DNA from: Octopus vulgaris
Taxonomy: Eukaryota
Direction: 5' to 3'
Assembly (NCBI GenBank): GCA_951406725.2
Contig: OX597814.1
Coordinates: forward strand, 128,030,001-128,094,000
DNA length: 64,000 nt
Both the position numbers and the translations under genes were made by a program. Below are positions 1 through 12,211 of the stretch, piece after piece. Positions within the stretch are counted from its first letter, which is position 1. Every line of letters begins with the position of its first letter. The notes beneath the pieces are model-generated. The model was not told where the DNA came from and made no database searches. It was given only the letters and a program-made list of their open reading frames with translations.

Positions 1-323
1 TCTTGTACCTTGCAAAAAACAAGGGGACTTTCACTGGTCTATGTTGTGTCTTTTTGTCCAGGTCAAGTGGGTAGAAGAGAGGATGAATGCATAAGATGAA
101 GTAAGGAAGTGGGGAGAGAGAAAGGAAAGAGTGATAGTGATCAGGGTGAGGATGTGAAGAGAGAGAAAAATACATTATGTCAGAGGTTGGGGTGACATGT
201 ATGAAGCAGTGCTACAGGAGTGATAGAGGGGTGGGGAAAGTAAAAGTAAGATGTAATGAGAAAGAGAGAGAGAAAGAGAGGGATACAACACACTTCTAAG
301 TTACATTTTTGACTTTTTTCTAG

Positions 324-512
324 GAAAAAGCTGTGAGAAACCAGATCCACCCAAAAATGGTGCCCTAACCTGTACAAGCCAAAATAAACTGTATCTACAA
401 GTATGTTTGGTACATTGTAGTGACAATTATGATTTTGTCGAGTTACCTGAGGAACAATATCTATGTCTTCTCAATGGTAATTGGTCTACGGAATTATGGC
501 CAGACTGTTCAT
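324..512 (+). CDS. SVEP1: SVEP1-like exon (first in window): Sushi/CCP domain
   Basis: ttttctag|GA acceptor and T|gtaagt donor; 189 nt, phase 1-1. Translates KSCEKPDPPKNGALTC...VCLVHCSDNYDF...YLCLLNGNWSTELWPDCS. Missed by the ORF track. Confidence 0.85.
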
Positions 513-586
513 GTAAGTTGGTGCTATTTTGTTTTTAAATCTCTCTATTTTCCCACTTTTCGTTTTTATACTTTGTCATTTCTCTT

Positions 587-628
<42 letters not shown>

Positions 629-884
629 CTATTTTTCTCTCACATCCTTTTTTTAGGACTTGCTCTCATTTTCCTGTACAATTTATCTTATGGACATAAG
701 CATTTGCATTTATATGTAAGTCTCACTGGTTGGACACCCTGAGTTGAAGCATTTTCATTGCTTGTAACTGGATACTGAACACAGTGAAATATTCTGAGGC
801 TCAGGTGGAAATTTTAAAATGCTATTTCTTGCATACCAGTAAAAAAAAAAAACAGACCTCTTCTGATGTAGTTGGTGAAATAAT

Positions 885-1117
885 AAGGCGGCGAGCTGGC
901 AGAAACGTTAGCACGCCGGGCAAAATGCGTAGCCGTATTTCGTCTGCCGTTACGTTCTGAGTTCAAATTCCGCCAAGGTAGACTTTGCCTTTCATCCTTT
1001 TGGGGTCGATAAATTAAGTACCAGATACGCACTGGGGTCGATGTAGTCGACTTTATACCTTTGTCTGTCCTTGTTTGTCCCATCTATGTTTAGCCCCTTG
1101 TGGGTAATAAAGAAATA
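885..1117 (+). mobile_element. SINE family B (tRNA-like head, Nin/Deu-like core, TTAGCCCCTTGTGGG..AAAGAAATA tail); representative copy
   Basis: AGGCGGCGAGCTGGCAGAAAC...GAGTTCAAATTCC B-box. Other copies near 5783-6180, 13317-13530, 14855-15050, 18648-18820, 23236-23465, 34460-34660, 42393-42920, 45671-45903, 50050-50640. Confidence 0.8.
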
Positions 1118-1663
1118 AATAATAATTATGTAGCTAATGGTTTATAAATGCAAATTTTAGATAGAATAGAGTTCAGTGTGGAATATAACATCTTAAGATA
1201 AACCAATCAAAGTTATGATTATATATTTGTAAGAAAGTTCATAGTTGCTTCCATTTTTAACAAAATTATTTGGGTAATATGTCATAACAATGTACATAGA
1301 TTTTTCTTGTTTTACAAAACCAGTGGAATGATATGTAATAGAGTCTGATATGTTTAGGCATGTAATTGACCATCAGTAAAGAAAAAATCAGATAATGTAA
1401 ATGCATTTAAACTGGCAGAAATTATTCTTTTGAGGCTAGGCCAAGTCTAGTCAGCTGCTAAGGGAGATTGAACCAATGTTGAAATCTATTAGGTATAGCA
1501 CAAAAACTACTCAGCATTAGTTTCTGATTGACTAAAATTTCTGATTGGCTAAAATAATACAGGGTGACAATGAGGAAACCAAAATGCATATGGGTTCTAT
1601 TTAGTTAGCTAAAAATAACACAATGACTATTTGCCTTTGATTGGCTAAAGTAATATATGTGAG

Positions 1664-2660
1664 ATCATCATCATCATCATCATCATCGTCATTTAACATC
1701 CGCTTTCCATGTTGGCATGGGTTGGACGGTTTGACTGAGGGCTGGCAAGCCAGGAGGCTGCACCAGGCTCGAATCTAATTTGGCAAGGTTTCTACAACTG
1801 GATACTCTTCCTAACACCAACCACTCTAAGAGTGTAGTGAGTACTTTTATCTGCCACCAGCATGGGAGCCAGTCAAATGGTGCTTTTATGTGCCACCAGC
1901 ATGGGAGCCAGTCCAGCGGCACTGGCATTGACCATGCTTGAATGGTGCTTTTTACATGCTACCGACACTGGTGCCAGTTTGGTAGTACTGGCATCGGCCA
2001 CGACAGTGATTTTACTTGACTCAATAGGTTTTCTCAAGCACAGTACAATACCCGATGGCTGAAGGGAACTCTTAAATGGGCCAGTTATGCAACACTGGCA
2101 TAGGCCATAGCTATGGTCTTGCTTAGCTTGCTGGGTTGTCTCAAGCACAGCATATCTCAAAAGGTCTCAGTCACTTGTCATTGCCTCAGTGAGGCCCAAC
2201 GTTCAAAGGTAGTGCTTCACCACCTCATCCCAGGTCTTCCTGGGTCTACCTCTTCCTTAAGTTCCTTCCACAGTTAGAGATCGGCACTTCTTTACACAGC
2301 TGCCCTCATCCATACACAACTCATGACCATATCAGCACAGTCGTCTTTCTTGCCCACCACACCTGATGCTTCTTATGTCCAACTTCCCTCTCAGCATGCT
2401 TACACTCTACCATGTATGGACACTGACATTACACATCCAGTGGAGCATATTGGCTTCATTTCTTTCAAACCTAGGCATATTCTCAGTAGTGTCACAGCCC
2501 ATGTTTCACTGCCATGTAGCATGGGTGTTTGCACACATGCATCATACAGTCTACCTTTCACTCTGAACGAGAGGCCTTTGTTACCAGAAGAGGTAGGATC
2601 TCTTTGAACTTTGTCTAGGCTATTCTTATTCTAGCAACTACACTCTCAGAGCTTTCACCT
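1664..2660 (-). mobile_element. RTE-like LINE 3' fragment with (GAT)n tail; source of the abundant family C tail repeats
   Basis: Minus strand encodes GRPRKTWDEVV (RTE-type C-terminus), followed by the GGCGTTAGGAAGGGCATCCAG-type 3' region and (GAT)n. Related copies near 10657, 12211, 16007, 18102, 24360-24800, 26458, 27550-27960, 37525, 40058, 57858, 61802. Confidence 0.7.
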
Positions 2661-2689
2661 CCACTGCTGACTGTCAGATAATTTCTGAA

Positions 2690-2805
2690 ACCATATCACC
2701 TCTAACATCTGGTCACTTAACTTCCTAGACTGCAACCTCCTTGATTATTGCGTGTGGGGCAAAGTTGAGTGAGAGACCAACAAAACTCCTTGTAACAACA
2801 AAAAT
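2690..2805 (+). mobile_element. Tc1/mariner (maT-like) transposase remnant
   Basis: Reads IWSLNFLDCNLLDYCVWGKVE*ETNKTPCN; homologous to 38660-38770. Confidence 0.6.
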
Positions 2806-4540
2806 CTAATACTATGGAGAGCATCCAGCAAATAGCTAACTCCATCCACCAGAGTATTAAGGTCACAATAGACTACCCTACTAAACACCCTAACCATAGA
2901 CTACCAGTACTAGACACAGAACTCTGGCTAGAAACTGTGAATAATAAAACCCAAATCCTTCATTCATACTATGCCAAACCTATGACCTCCAAATACTTGA
3001 TCCACCAGAACTCAGCCATCGCAAACAATGCCAAATTCAATATTTTGATGGCAGACCCCATCAGAATAATGCGAAATGTGTCCTGCATGTGCGAGCCAAC
3101 AGAATTAAAGAGACACATACAACATTTCGTTTACCGCATGCAGTTCTCAGGTTACAGCCATAAAGAAAGGATCAGAGTATACAAAGGAGCCATGAAGAAA
3201 TTTGATACTATCTTATGTAATGATAGGAATGGGATTTGCCCACTCTACAGGAGCAAGTCATGGAACACTATGAAAAAGACAAAGAAGAAAATAGGGAAGG
3301 CCAACTCTTGGTATAATAGCCACAAATACCAGAGTGTCATGTTCGTTGACACCACCCCTAGAGGTGAACTGGCAGACCCTAGACAAACTTAAGCTAAGGA
3401 TTAAGGTTGTTGAAAAGCCAGGCAACCCTATCAAATCCATAATTGGTAGAACCTACCCTTTTATTAGAACCCCCTGTACGGATAGGTACTGTACTGTGTG
3501 TCGATTTAGCCCACAAACAAACTGTAAAGCCAGAAATGTAGTCTATAGTATAAGATGTATAGAGGGACGATGCAGTAACAAGACAATGACATATGTAGGG
3601 GAAACGGCACGAAGCATAGGAGAACAAATAAATGAACATTGGAGAGAAGTTAAGGAAGGTAAGAGCTCATCAATTCTATACCAACACGCCGAGCAGGAAC
3701 ACGAGGGCTCAATCAACAACATAGAAGTTAAAATCTTGTCCACACATAGAACAGACGCAACAATCAGATAAATTATGGAAGCTACATATATAATAGAAGA
3801 TAAACCTAGACTGAATAGGAAAATGGAATGGAACACTAGCACACACCACAACATATGACAGAAGAGGATCCCCATAAACTGGTTACAATATAAACAAAAC
3901 TGAACACATAATAAAATAAAATACACAGATAAATAAACAAATGGAAGTAAATAGCTATATACATTTAAAAAAAAATTTTTTTTTATTTTATCAAAAAAAT
4001 TTTTTTTTAAGTAAAAATTTTTTTATTATTATTATTATTATTACTAGTATTGTTGTTATACATACATATATACAAGCATACGTAATAATAATAATAATGA
4101 TAATAATAATGATAATAATAATAATAATAGGTGGATGTAAACACATGAACAAAATAAGAATAAACAAAAACAAAAACAAAGACAAATTACACGAACATAT
4201 ATAAACAGAAGATACAAATATTACAGGCATTTCCCCTGCCCACTAACTAAATGTAGACGCACAGAGATATATACGCATGCGCAAATGAAGACACATACAA
4301 TAGAAATACAAAATGGCTGACAGTTAGTAAGGAGAGACACACAAATAAGAAAGAAGAAAGTAAAGGACCACTGATGCGGTCACAGGAGTGTGACGAAAGA
4401 ACTCTGGCCGAAATAAGATTAAGATTAATGTAAAAAATAAATAACACTGAAGCAAAATAACACCAAATATATAGTGCGTGTGTTTTTATTGGCTAAACTG
4501 GCAAAATGACCATTCTGAAATACAACAATATCTGTTTCAA
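2806..4540 (+). mobile_element. 5'-truncated Penelope-like retroelement (RT C-terminus, Cys-rich linker, GIY-YIG endonuclease, 3' pLTR region)
   Basis: ORF 2814-3392 has LPVLD...YYAKP typical of PLE RT thumb. A frameshifted ORF continues CxxxxCxxC...NVVYSIRC...YVGETARSIGEQINEH (GIY-YIG), stop about 3858. An HHR motif follows at 4366-4409. The right boundary is approximate. Confidence 0.88.
4366..4409 (+). ncRNA. Minimal hammerhead ribozyme in PLE 3' region (A9C variant)
   Basis: GACCA-CUGAUGC-G-GUCACA(GGAG)UGUGAC-GAAA-GAAC-UC-UGGCC. Confidence 0.65.
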
Positions 4541-4835
4541 CACACGATTTCACATAAAAAAATCTTGCACAACAAATATATAAACGTATATATATAGATA
4601 TATCTTTTATCTTTCATCTTTTACTTTCTTCAGTTATCAAACTATGGCCATGCCAGAGCACTGCCTTGAAGAATTTTTTTTTAGTCCAATGAATTGAACC
4701 TAATACTTTTTTTTAAAGCTTGGTATTTATTCTATTGATCTCTTTGCCAAACTGCTAAGTTACGGGGACGTAAACACACCAACACCGGTGGTGGGGAGAA
4801 ACACGGACACCTGTACATGTGCGCGCACACACACA

Positions 4836-4869
<34 letters not shown>

Positions 4870-5052
4870 ACTTCTTTCAGTTTCCATCTACCAAATCTGC
4901 TCACAAGGCTTTGGTTGTCCCAAGGCTATAGCAGAAGACACTTGCCCAAGGTGCCATGTAGTGGGACTGAACCCAGAACCATGTTGTTAGGACGCAAGTT
5001 TCTTGCTACATGGTCATACCTGCAACTAGATAGCTAGCTAGATAGATAGATA

Positions 5053-5624
5053 TTGGGTTGTCCGGAATGTTCGTGCCGATTTTGAAAGGAAAGAAAAAAG
5101 TCAATAAATACTTGCCATTACATTTTTAATCAACTAAATATGAACCATTTTCTTGCACAATGCATCTCCATCTTTCCTTTAACTTGAAAATACCCTCTTC
5201 CCAGAATTGAGGTGGTTCCATGGCAAAGAATTCATCAAGGTATCTTTTTATGTCATCCAAGGAATTGAAATTTTTACCATTAAGACTATTCTACAGAGAC
5301 CTGAATAAGCGGAAATCAGAAGGAGCAATATCTGGTGAATATGGAGGGGGGGGGGGGGGTAACACATCCCAGCCGAGCTGCAGCAATTTTTGTCTGGTTC
5401 CCAAAGCATCAAATGCTGAAAATGAACTTTCTTATCTTCCATTTTAAAGGGTTACAGAATTAACACAGGTTATAGGAACATAAACCTTCTTCCACGAAAA
5501 GATAGCTTAAACTGTGCTCTAAATGGAATTGTAATCAAATCCTATTTTATGAACTCAACCATGTTCTAAAATAAGTCGAAAGGTAAGCTACTATAAATCA
5601 GCACAAACTTGCTGGACAACCCAA
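5053..5624 (-). mobile_element. Internally deleted mariner (DD34D) element
   Basis: TIRs TTGGGTTGTCCGGAA.../...GCTGGACAACCCAA, TA TSD. Minus strand reads PPYSPDIAPSDFRLFRSL. Confidence 0.88.
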
Positions 5625-6360
5625 TAGATAGATAGATATAACAGACAGACAGTTTTATTTTTAAATTTACATGTATCATTTTACTTTTACAGATTTAATA
5701 TTTTAGCAAAGAAAGAAAGTAATTGTGCTTTCACTAATTCATAAGCTTTGTAGTGATGTTGTTATTATACTGAATAATCCTTTCTGCTATAGGCACAAGG
5801 CCTGAAATTTGGTGGGTGGGTGGGTGAGGCAGTTGATTAGGTCAACCCCTGTACACAACTGGTACTTAATTCATCAACCCCGAAAGGATGCAAGGCAAGG
5901 TTGACTTTGGTGGAATTTGAACTCAGAAAGTAATGACAGATGAAATACCTATTTCTTTACTACCCACAAGGGGCTAAACACAGAGAGGACAAACAAGGAC
6001 AGACAAACGGATTAAGTCGATTATATCGACCCCAGTGCACAACTGGTACTTATTTCATTGACCCCGAAAGGATGAAAGGCAAAGCTGACCTCGGCGGAAT
6101 TTGAACTCAGAACATAGCGGCAGACGAAATACGGCTACGCATTTTGCCTGGCGTGCTAACATTTCTGCCGGCTCACTGGCTTAGTATCCTGAATAATAAC
6201 ACAGTCGCTGGTATAATCAGAATTTCTTTAGCAATTTCTCATGAATATTGTAATCACGCCTTCTATAATCTTCTCAGATGTAATATTTATTGTTACAGGA
6301 TCAGTTCATAGTTTTCCTGTTGCTAAAAGTTTCCAAGTATTTTCAAGTGTTGTTAGGTGA

Positions 6361-6980
6361 CTACACATGTGTGCGCGCACACACATACACCCACACACAC
6401 ACACACTGACAGACACATGCACACACTGACAAACAGATGCACAAGCTCACAGACATATACACAAACATAGACACACACACATGATCAAGCACATGACGCA
6501 CACACACATATACATACACTAACAAGGCACACGTACACACTGACAGGCACACACTCATACATGTACACTGACAGACACAGAGACAAACATAGACACTCAT
6601 ACACACTTGCACAAGCACACACACACATGTGCACACATATGGATGAACACACACATATGCGCACACACACACTGACAGACACACACACACACACTGACAG
6701 ACACACACACACACTGACAGACACACGCGTACACTGACAAATACACGTACTCACAGATATATACACAGACAAACGTAGACATACACACATGCTCAAACAC
6801 ATAGTGCACACACACATACACATACACTGACAAACACACACATACACACTGACAGGCACATACACACACACACACATGCACACTGACAGACATACAGAGA
6901 CCAACATAGACACTCATACACACTTGCACAAGCACATACACACACACGCACGCACGCACACACACACACACACACACAAG
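6361..6980. repeat. Degenerate (CA)n / ACACTGAC compound microsatellite
   Basis: Direct inspection. Similar tracts at 9140-9450, 19320-19490, 25570-26060, 30630-30880. Confidence 0.9.
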
Positions 6981-7096
6981 AGTTCCTCTACAGTGTTTAT
7001 TTCTCCTTATGTTGGTCAACCGAAGGTTAGGATGGAAGAATGGGCAGTGTAGTGGGTTTGAACCCAGAATCATATTTGTTGTGAAGTAACCTTCTA

Positions 7097-7402
7097 TAGT
7101 AATCCCTCACCATATCGTGGTTCACCTATTGCAGTTCACCTATCATGGTTCACCTAACACGGCTTATTATTTAAGCTTATGTCGATTCATCCATAGTGTT
7201 GTTTTGCATTTATAATAAAATAAATATATACAAATTAGGTGTAGGCGTGGCTGTGCGGTAAGTAGCTTGCTTACCAACCACATGGTTCTGGGTTCAGTCC
7301 CACTGTGTGGCACCTTGGGCAAGTGTCTTCTACTATAGCCTCGGGCTGACCAAAGCCTTGTGAGTGGATTTGGTAGACGGAAACTGAAAGAAGCTAATTG
7401 TA

Positions 7403-7487
<85 letters not shown>

Positions 7488-7778
7488 ATATGTTTGTTTG
7501 TCTGTGTTTGTCCTCCCAGCATCATTTGACAACCGATGGTGGTGTGTTTACGTCCCCATAACTTAGCGGTTCGGCAAAAGAGACCGATAGAATAATTACT
7601 AGGCTTACAAAGAAATAGGTCCTGGGGTTGATTTGCTCAACTAGAGGTGGTGCTCCAGCATGGCCACAGTCAAATGACTGAAGCAAGTAAAAGAGTAAAA
7701 TTTTTAAAATAATTAAAAAATATACAGTACAGTGCTGTTTCTACTTTGTGGATTTTCACCTATCGTGGGGGATTACTG
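7097..7778. mobile_element. pogo/Tigger-type MITE with nested SINE A
   Basis: TA-(T)AGTAATCCCTC ... GGGGATTACTG-TA; SINE A inserted at 7237-7700. Confidence 0.65.
7237..7700 (+). mobile_element. SINE family A (tRNA-derived head, internal (TA)n(TG)n, (GTAAAAGA)n tail); representative copy
   Basis: A-box TGGCTGTGCGG, B-box GGTTCAGTCCC. Copies near 4610-5025, 17010-17430, 39795-40885, 46683, 48400-48787, 49533-49940, 55491-55941, 56059-56431, 58226-58655, 62295-62650. Confidence 0.85.
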
Positions 7779-8309
7779 TATATCAAACAAGGTTGATTCC
7801 ATCTATAACATCTTTTGATATAAGATTATCTTTCAACTTTGTTATATTTTTCATATAACAGCAGTTTTGTTAATTCTGATAATTGTCAGTTTTCATACAG
7901 CTTTCTTTTGTATACTTGCCTTAGTCATTGACTGTGATTATGCTGTAGCACTACCTCTACTAAAGGTTTAGCTGAAGAAATTGGCCCCAAGGCTTACTTT
8001 TTTAAGCCTGGTACTTATTCTATTTGTCGCTTTTGCTGAACTGCTAAGTCACAGGAAATTAAATGAACCAATACCCATTGTCAAGAGGTGGTGGGTGACA
8101 AACACAAGCACAAACACACATGCACATGTACACACACATATATATAACAAGCTTCCACACAGTTTCCATCTACCAAATTTACTCACAAGGCATTGATCAG
8201 TCTGACCAAGATCTTATGAAATTACTGGTTAGTTACCTATACAAAGAATGTTGAACATTACAGTTAATACTCAACTGCAAGGTAACTATATAAACCGTGG
8301 TTTATATAT

Positions 8310-8720
8310 ATTTATTATAAGAAAATAGAGAGATAATTAATAAATTATTAGTTATTAATTAAAAAATTGCTAAGCATCCCTTACAGCTGTTTCAATTCAA
8401 AACCTTCAGAAAATTAATTAATAAAATTAAAATTATTTGAAAGTCAAATCTCGTCAGAGCTAGTTTAAGAAATACAAAATAGGTGTTCAGTTCCTGCATG
8501 TTGAGTAAACGGCTGCAAATCGTTAACTCAACATGCAAGAATTGAACACCTATTTTATATATCTTACAAGATTCAACTTTCAAATAATTTTAATTTTATT
8601 AATCAATTTTCTGAAGGTCTTGAATTGAAACAGCTGTAAGGGATGCTTGTCGATTTTTTAAAATTAATAAATAATAATTTATTAATTACCTCTCTATTTT
8701 CTTATCTCATTATATATATA
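8310..8720. mobile_element. Palindromic non-coding element with HHR (minus strand, 8379-8460)
   Basis: About 190-bp inverted arms centred near 8515, TA-rich flanks. Minus strand reads CUGACGA-long stem II-GAAA-CAGCUG-UA. Confidence 0.75.
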
Positions 8721-9418
8721 TCTCTTATTATAAAAGGCAGATTTTATCTGCCTCCCTTTGGGAGTTATAGAAATCTACAATATAGGATTTCTTCAATTAC
8801 AATTTACCTAGCATTTTTGAGAGTACAATGCATCGCATCATGCCAGGTCCAGTTTTTAAAATTTAAACTCCAATTAAGCAAAATTTACAGAAAACTCACA
8901 TTCTGGTGTGTGTGTCAAATGCTTTTCTTAGTCTGGTTTACACCACACGCAAACGCACACACACAGTGGGCAACGAATAAAATGAAAGTAAATAGCGACA
9001 GAGTGATTTGAGGAAGACTAAAGTGAAAGTATTCTGTCTATGACGCTGATAGATACATGAGTAAAATGTTCTTGGAAGCTAAGAGCTAAGAGTGAGTGAA
9101 AATGTTCTTGGAAGAGAGTAATTAGTAATAAAGTAAACATACACTCATACATACATACATACATACATACATACATACATACATACACACACACATACAC
9201 ACACACATACATACACACACACATACATACATACACACATACATACATACATATACATACATACATACATATACATACATACATACACACACACACATAC
9301 ACACACACACAGTATTGAAGCTTGAGAACAATCAGATACATTTGCAACACATCTGTTGAAAATATTATTGTTCACACACATACATATACATATATACATA
9401 CAGACAGACAGACAGATA

Positions 9419-9454
<36 letters not shown>

Positions 9455-9479
9455 ATCCAGCATGGCCACAACCTCAAGG

Positions 9480-9870
9480 CTGAAACATATAAAAGAATAA
9501 CAGAATATAAATGTGTGCAAAGTACAAGAAATATTAATGCAGTATATGGGGATTGGACAATAAGCGTAAGGCAGTGTCAATGGTGGTTCCAGAAATCCCG
9601 AGCCATAAACTACAGCCTAGAAGACGAGCCTCATCCTGAAAGATCTGTAGAACTCGACAAGGACATCCTGAAAACCCTGGTGGAACAAAATATCATCGTA
9701 ACTGTTGAGGAACTAGCAGAGAAGCTTGGATTTGGTCATTCAACCATTCATTGACACCTGTGTGCTATCGGAAAAGTCAGCAAATTGGGTCAATGGGTTC
9801 CTCACGAACTTTCCGAGTCTAATTGCATGCAGAGAGTGAATGTATGCTTTTCTTTGCTGTCATATCTCAC
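9480..9870 (+). mobile_element. Mariner transposase N-terminal fragment (HTH)
   Basis: CQWWFQK...SLEDEP...TVEELAEKLG...LGQWVPHEL motif, with an in-frame stop. Confidence 0.85.
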
Positions 9871-9889
9871 CACTACTGCGCTATGTATA

Positions 9890-10526
9890 TCTATATATAT
9901 AAAACTGTAGTTGTGTGAGTGTCTGTCCCCTTCGATTTAGATTCCTAACTACTCCCACATTTTGCGGTACAGTTTAACCAAATTCGGGTAGCTTATAGTC
10001 GTGATTCATATCGAGCCCGTCTGAATATTAGCGCGCGTCTACGATGAGTCTACGACTTTAAAAATAATTTAACATCATTTTTTATTCCATTTTAATGCAT
10101 AATTTTTCGTGTGTCGATGGCGGCGGAGTTGGCGTCCACGCTCACACCTGCACCTGTGGGGAAGGGAGTGTAAGGAAATCAACGTCGTAATGCGTTGTCA
10201 AGGAGACCAGTGTTCTTTTAGAACAACGACTTCATGGCTTGAAGACACCAAAACAGAAATGGCTAAGAAAGCGTCTACATGAGTCTACGATTAAAAAAAA
10301 AATTTACCATCGTTTTTTTTCCATTTTAATGCATTTTTTTGCTATTATATAAGGGAAGTAACTCTCTAAAAATGTCTACGATGAGTCAACGATTTTAAAA
10401 AAAATTTACCATCATATTTTTTCCATTTTTAATGCATTTTTTGCTATTTTTTGGCTATAACTCTCTAAAAATGCTTATATAGTTATTTCCCTTACAAACC
10501 CGAGCAACGCCGGGCGATACTGCTAG
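9890..10526 (+). mobile_element. Non-autonomous Helitron
   Basis: A|TCTATATATATAAAA 5' end, subterminal hairpin CCCGAGCAACGCCGGG, CTAG|T 3' end, no TSD; three internal ~65-bp subrepeats. Confidence 0.82.
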
Positions 10527-12042
10527 TATATATATATATACACACACACATACATATATATATACACACACACACATATATATATATACACACACACATA
10601 TATATACATATATATATACACCCATATATATATACACATACATATATATACATATTATCATCATCATCGTTTAATGTCCGTTTTCCGTGCTAGCACAGGT
10701 TGGACGGTTCGACCGGGGTCTGGGAAGCCAGGGGCTGCACCAGGCTCCAGTCTGATCTGGCAGTGTTTCTACAGCTGGATGCCCTTCCTAACGCCAACCA
10801 CTCCGCGGGCGTAGTGGGTGCTTTTTACGTGCCAGGGGAGTCTGGCAGCGGCCACGATCGGTTGGTGCTTTTAACGTGCCACCGGCAGATGTATATATAA
10901 TAAAAATAATCCTTGGATGGAATTTATAATCATTTAATGCATCACTACATGCGTTTCCATATATCATGTGTCTCTTAAGATCACAGTCTGTATTCTTGGG
11001 ATGATTACAGTGTAGTCTGTAGTATCTGTGGGCATTAGGTTGATCATCTTCATGGGTCCATACTGATTCTGTTTAAGAATTGCATTGAAGTTACATACAT
11101 GTCTGTTGAATATTCAACTACTTATGTGTTCAGAGGAAAATAATTCAGTTGATGGAACAAATGAATCCACTTTGTCACATACACACAACTTAGCAAAAGA
11201 AAATGGAAGAATAAGTACCAGGCTTTAAAAAAATATACTGGGTTTGATCCATTCAACTAAAAATTCTTCAAAGCAGTGCCCTAGCATGGCCACAGTCTAA
11301 TGATTGAACAAGTGAAAGTAAAAAGGGAAAAGGAATGTTTATGAGGTTCTTGTCTATTTAGTTTCTCCTTATTCAATCACACTAAGCCAAGTAGGACTTC
11401 CTTGACTGCCACACAGAATGTTGCTGCTAGTAAACAACAAGGGTCCTGGAAAGAGGGAAAAAAGGTGTGGGATCCCTACCAGAATGGGAACTGTGTAAAA
11501 ATAGCAGCAGCTAAGGTTTAAGAAGCTCGTATCAAGGCCATTGGTAAATTGTAAAGAGCATACCATTTCCTGCCAGACTGTATTTAAAATGTCTCTTAAC
11601 AAATATCAAAGCTTGTTCCTTGAAGTATTTGGTTTAAACATTGAGAAACATTCTATATCTCATAGGAACTGTTCACAGTCTCTTCAACAGAAAGGGAGTG
11701 GAAATAACTTGCAGAGATTAGCTTCAGACATATGATTAATTATAAATGATGTTAATAGAGCAACATTATGATAAGGAGTTTTCAGTATTTAGCTTTCATT
11801 TTTTGGAAATATACTACGAGACATTACACAGATGTTTTGACATTACACAGATGTTTCTGTAATCATAAAAGAAACTTGAATTAAAGGAGAGGTTTGTTTT
11901 TAATGGTAGAAAGAGACAAGATATATTTTATATAATCACTAATGGGACTGGTTTCAGTTATTGTAGTGGTGGAGACTCACTTTAGAGGGAAATGAAGTAA
12001 GAAGAAATTACAATTGAGCCTTTTTAATATTCATTTTTGATG

Positions 12043-12211
12043 CCTCCTCTTCACCCTCCTCCTCCTCCTCCTCCTCCTCCACCACCTCCACCTCCACCTC
12101 CTCCTCCTCCTCCGCCTCTTCCCCCTCCCCACCCCACCCCACCTCCCTTCCCCCTCCTCTTCCCCCCATCTCCCCTTCATCCTCCTCCTCCTCCTCCTCC
12201 TCCTCCTCCTC
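12043..12211. repeat. (CCT)n/C-rich polypyrimidine tract
   Basis: Direct inspection. G-rich on the minus strand (G4/triplex-prone). Confidence 0.85.
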
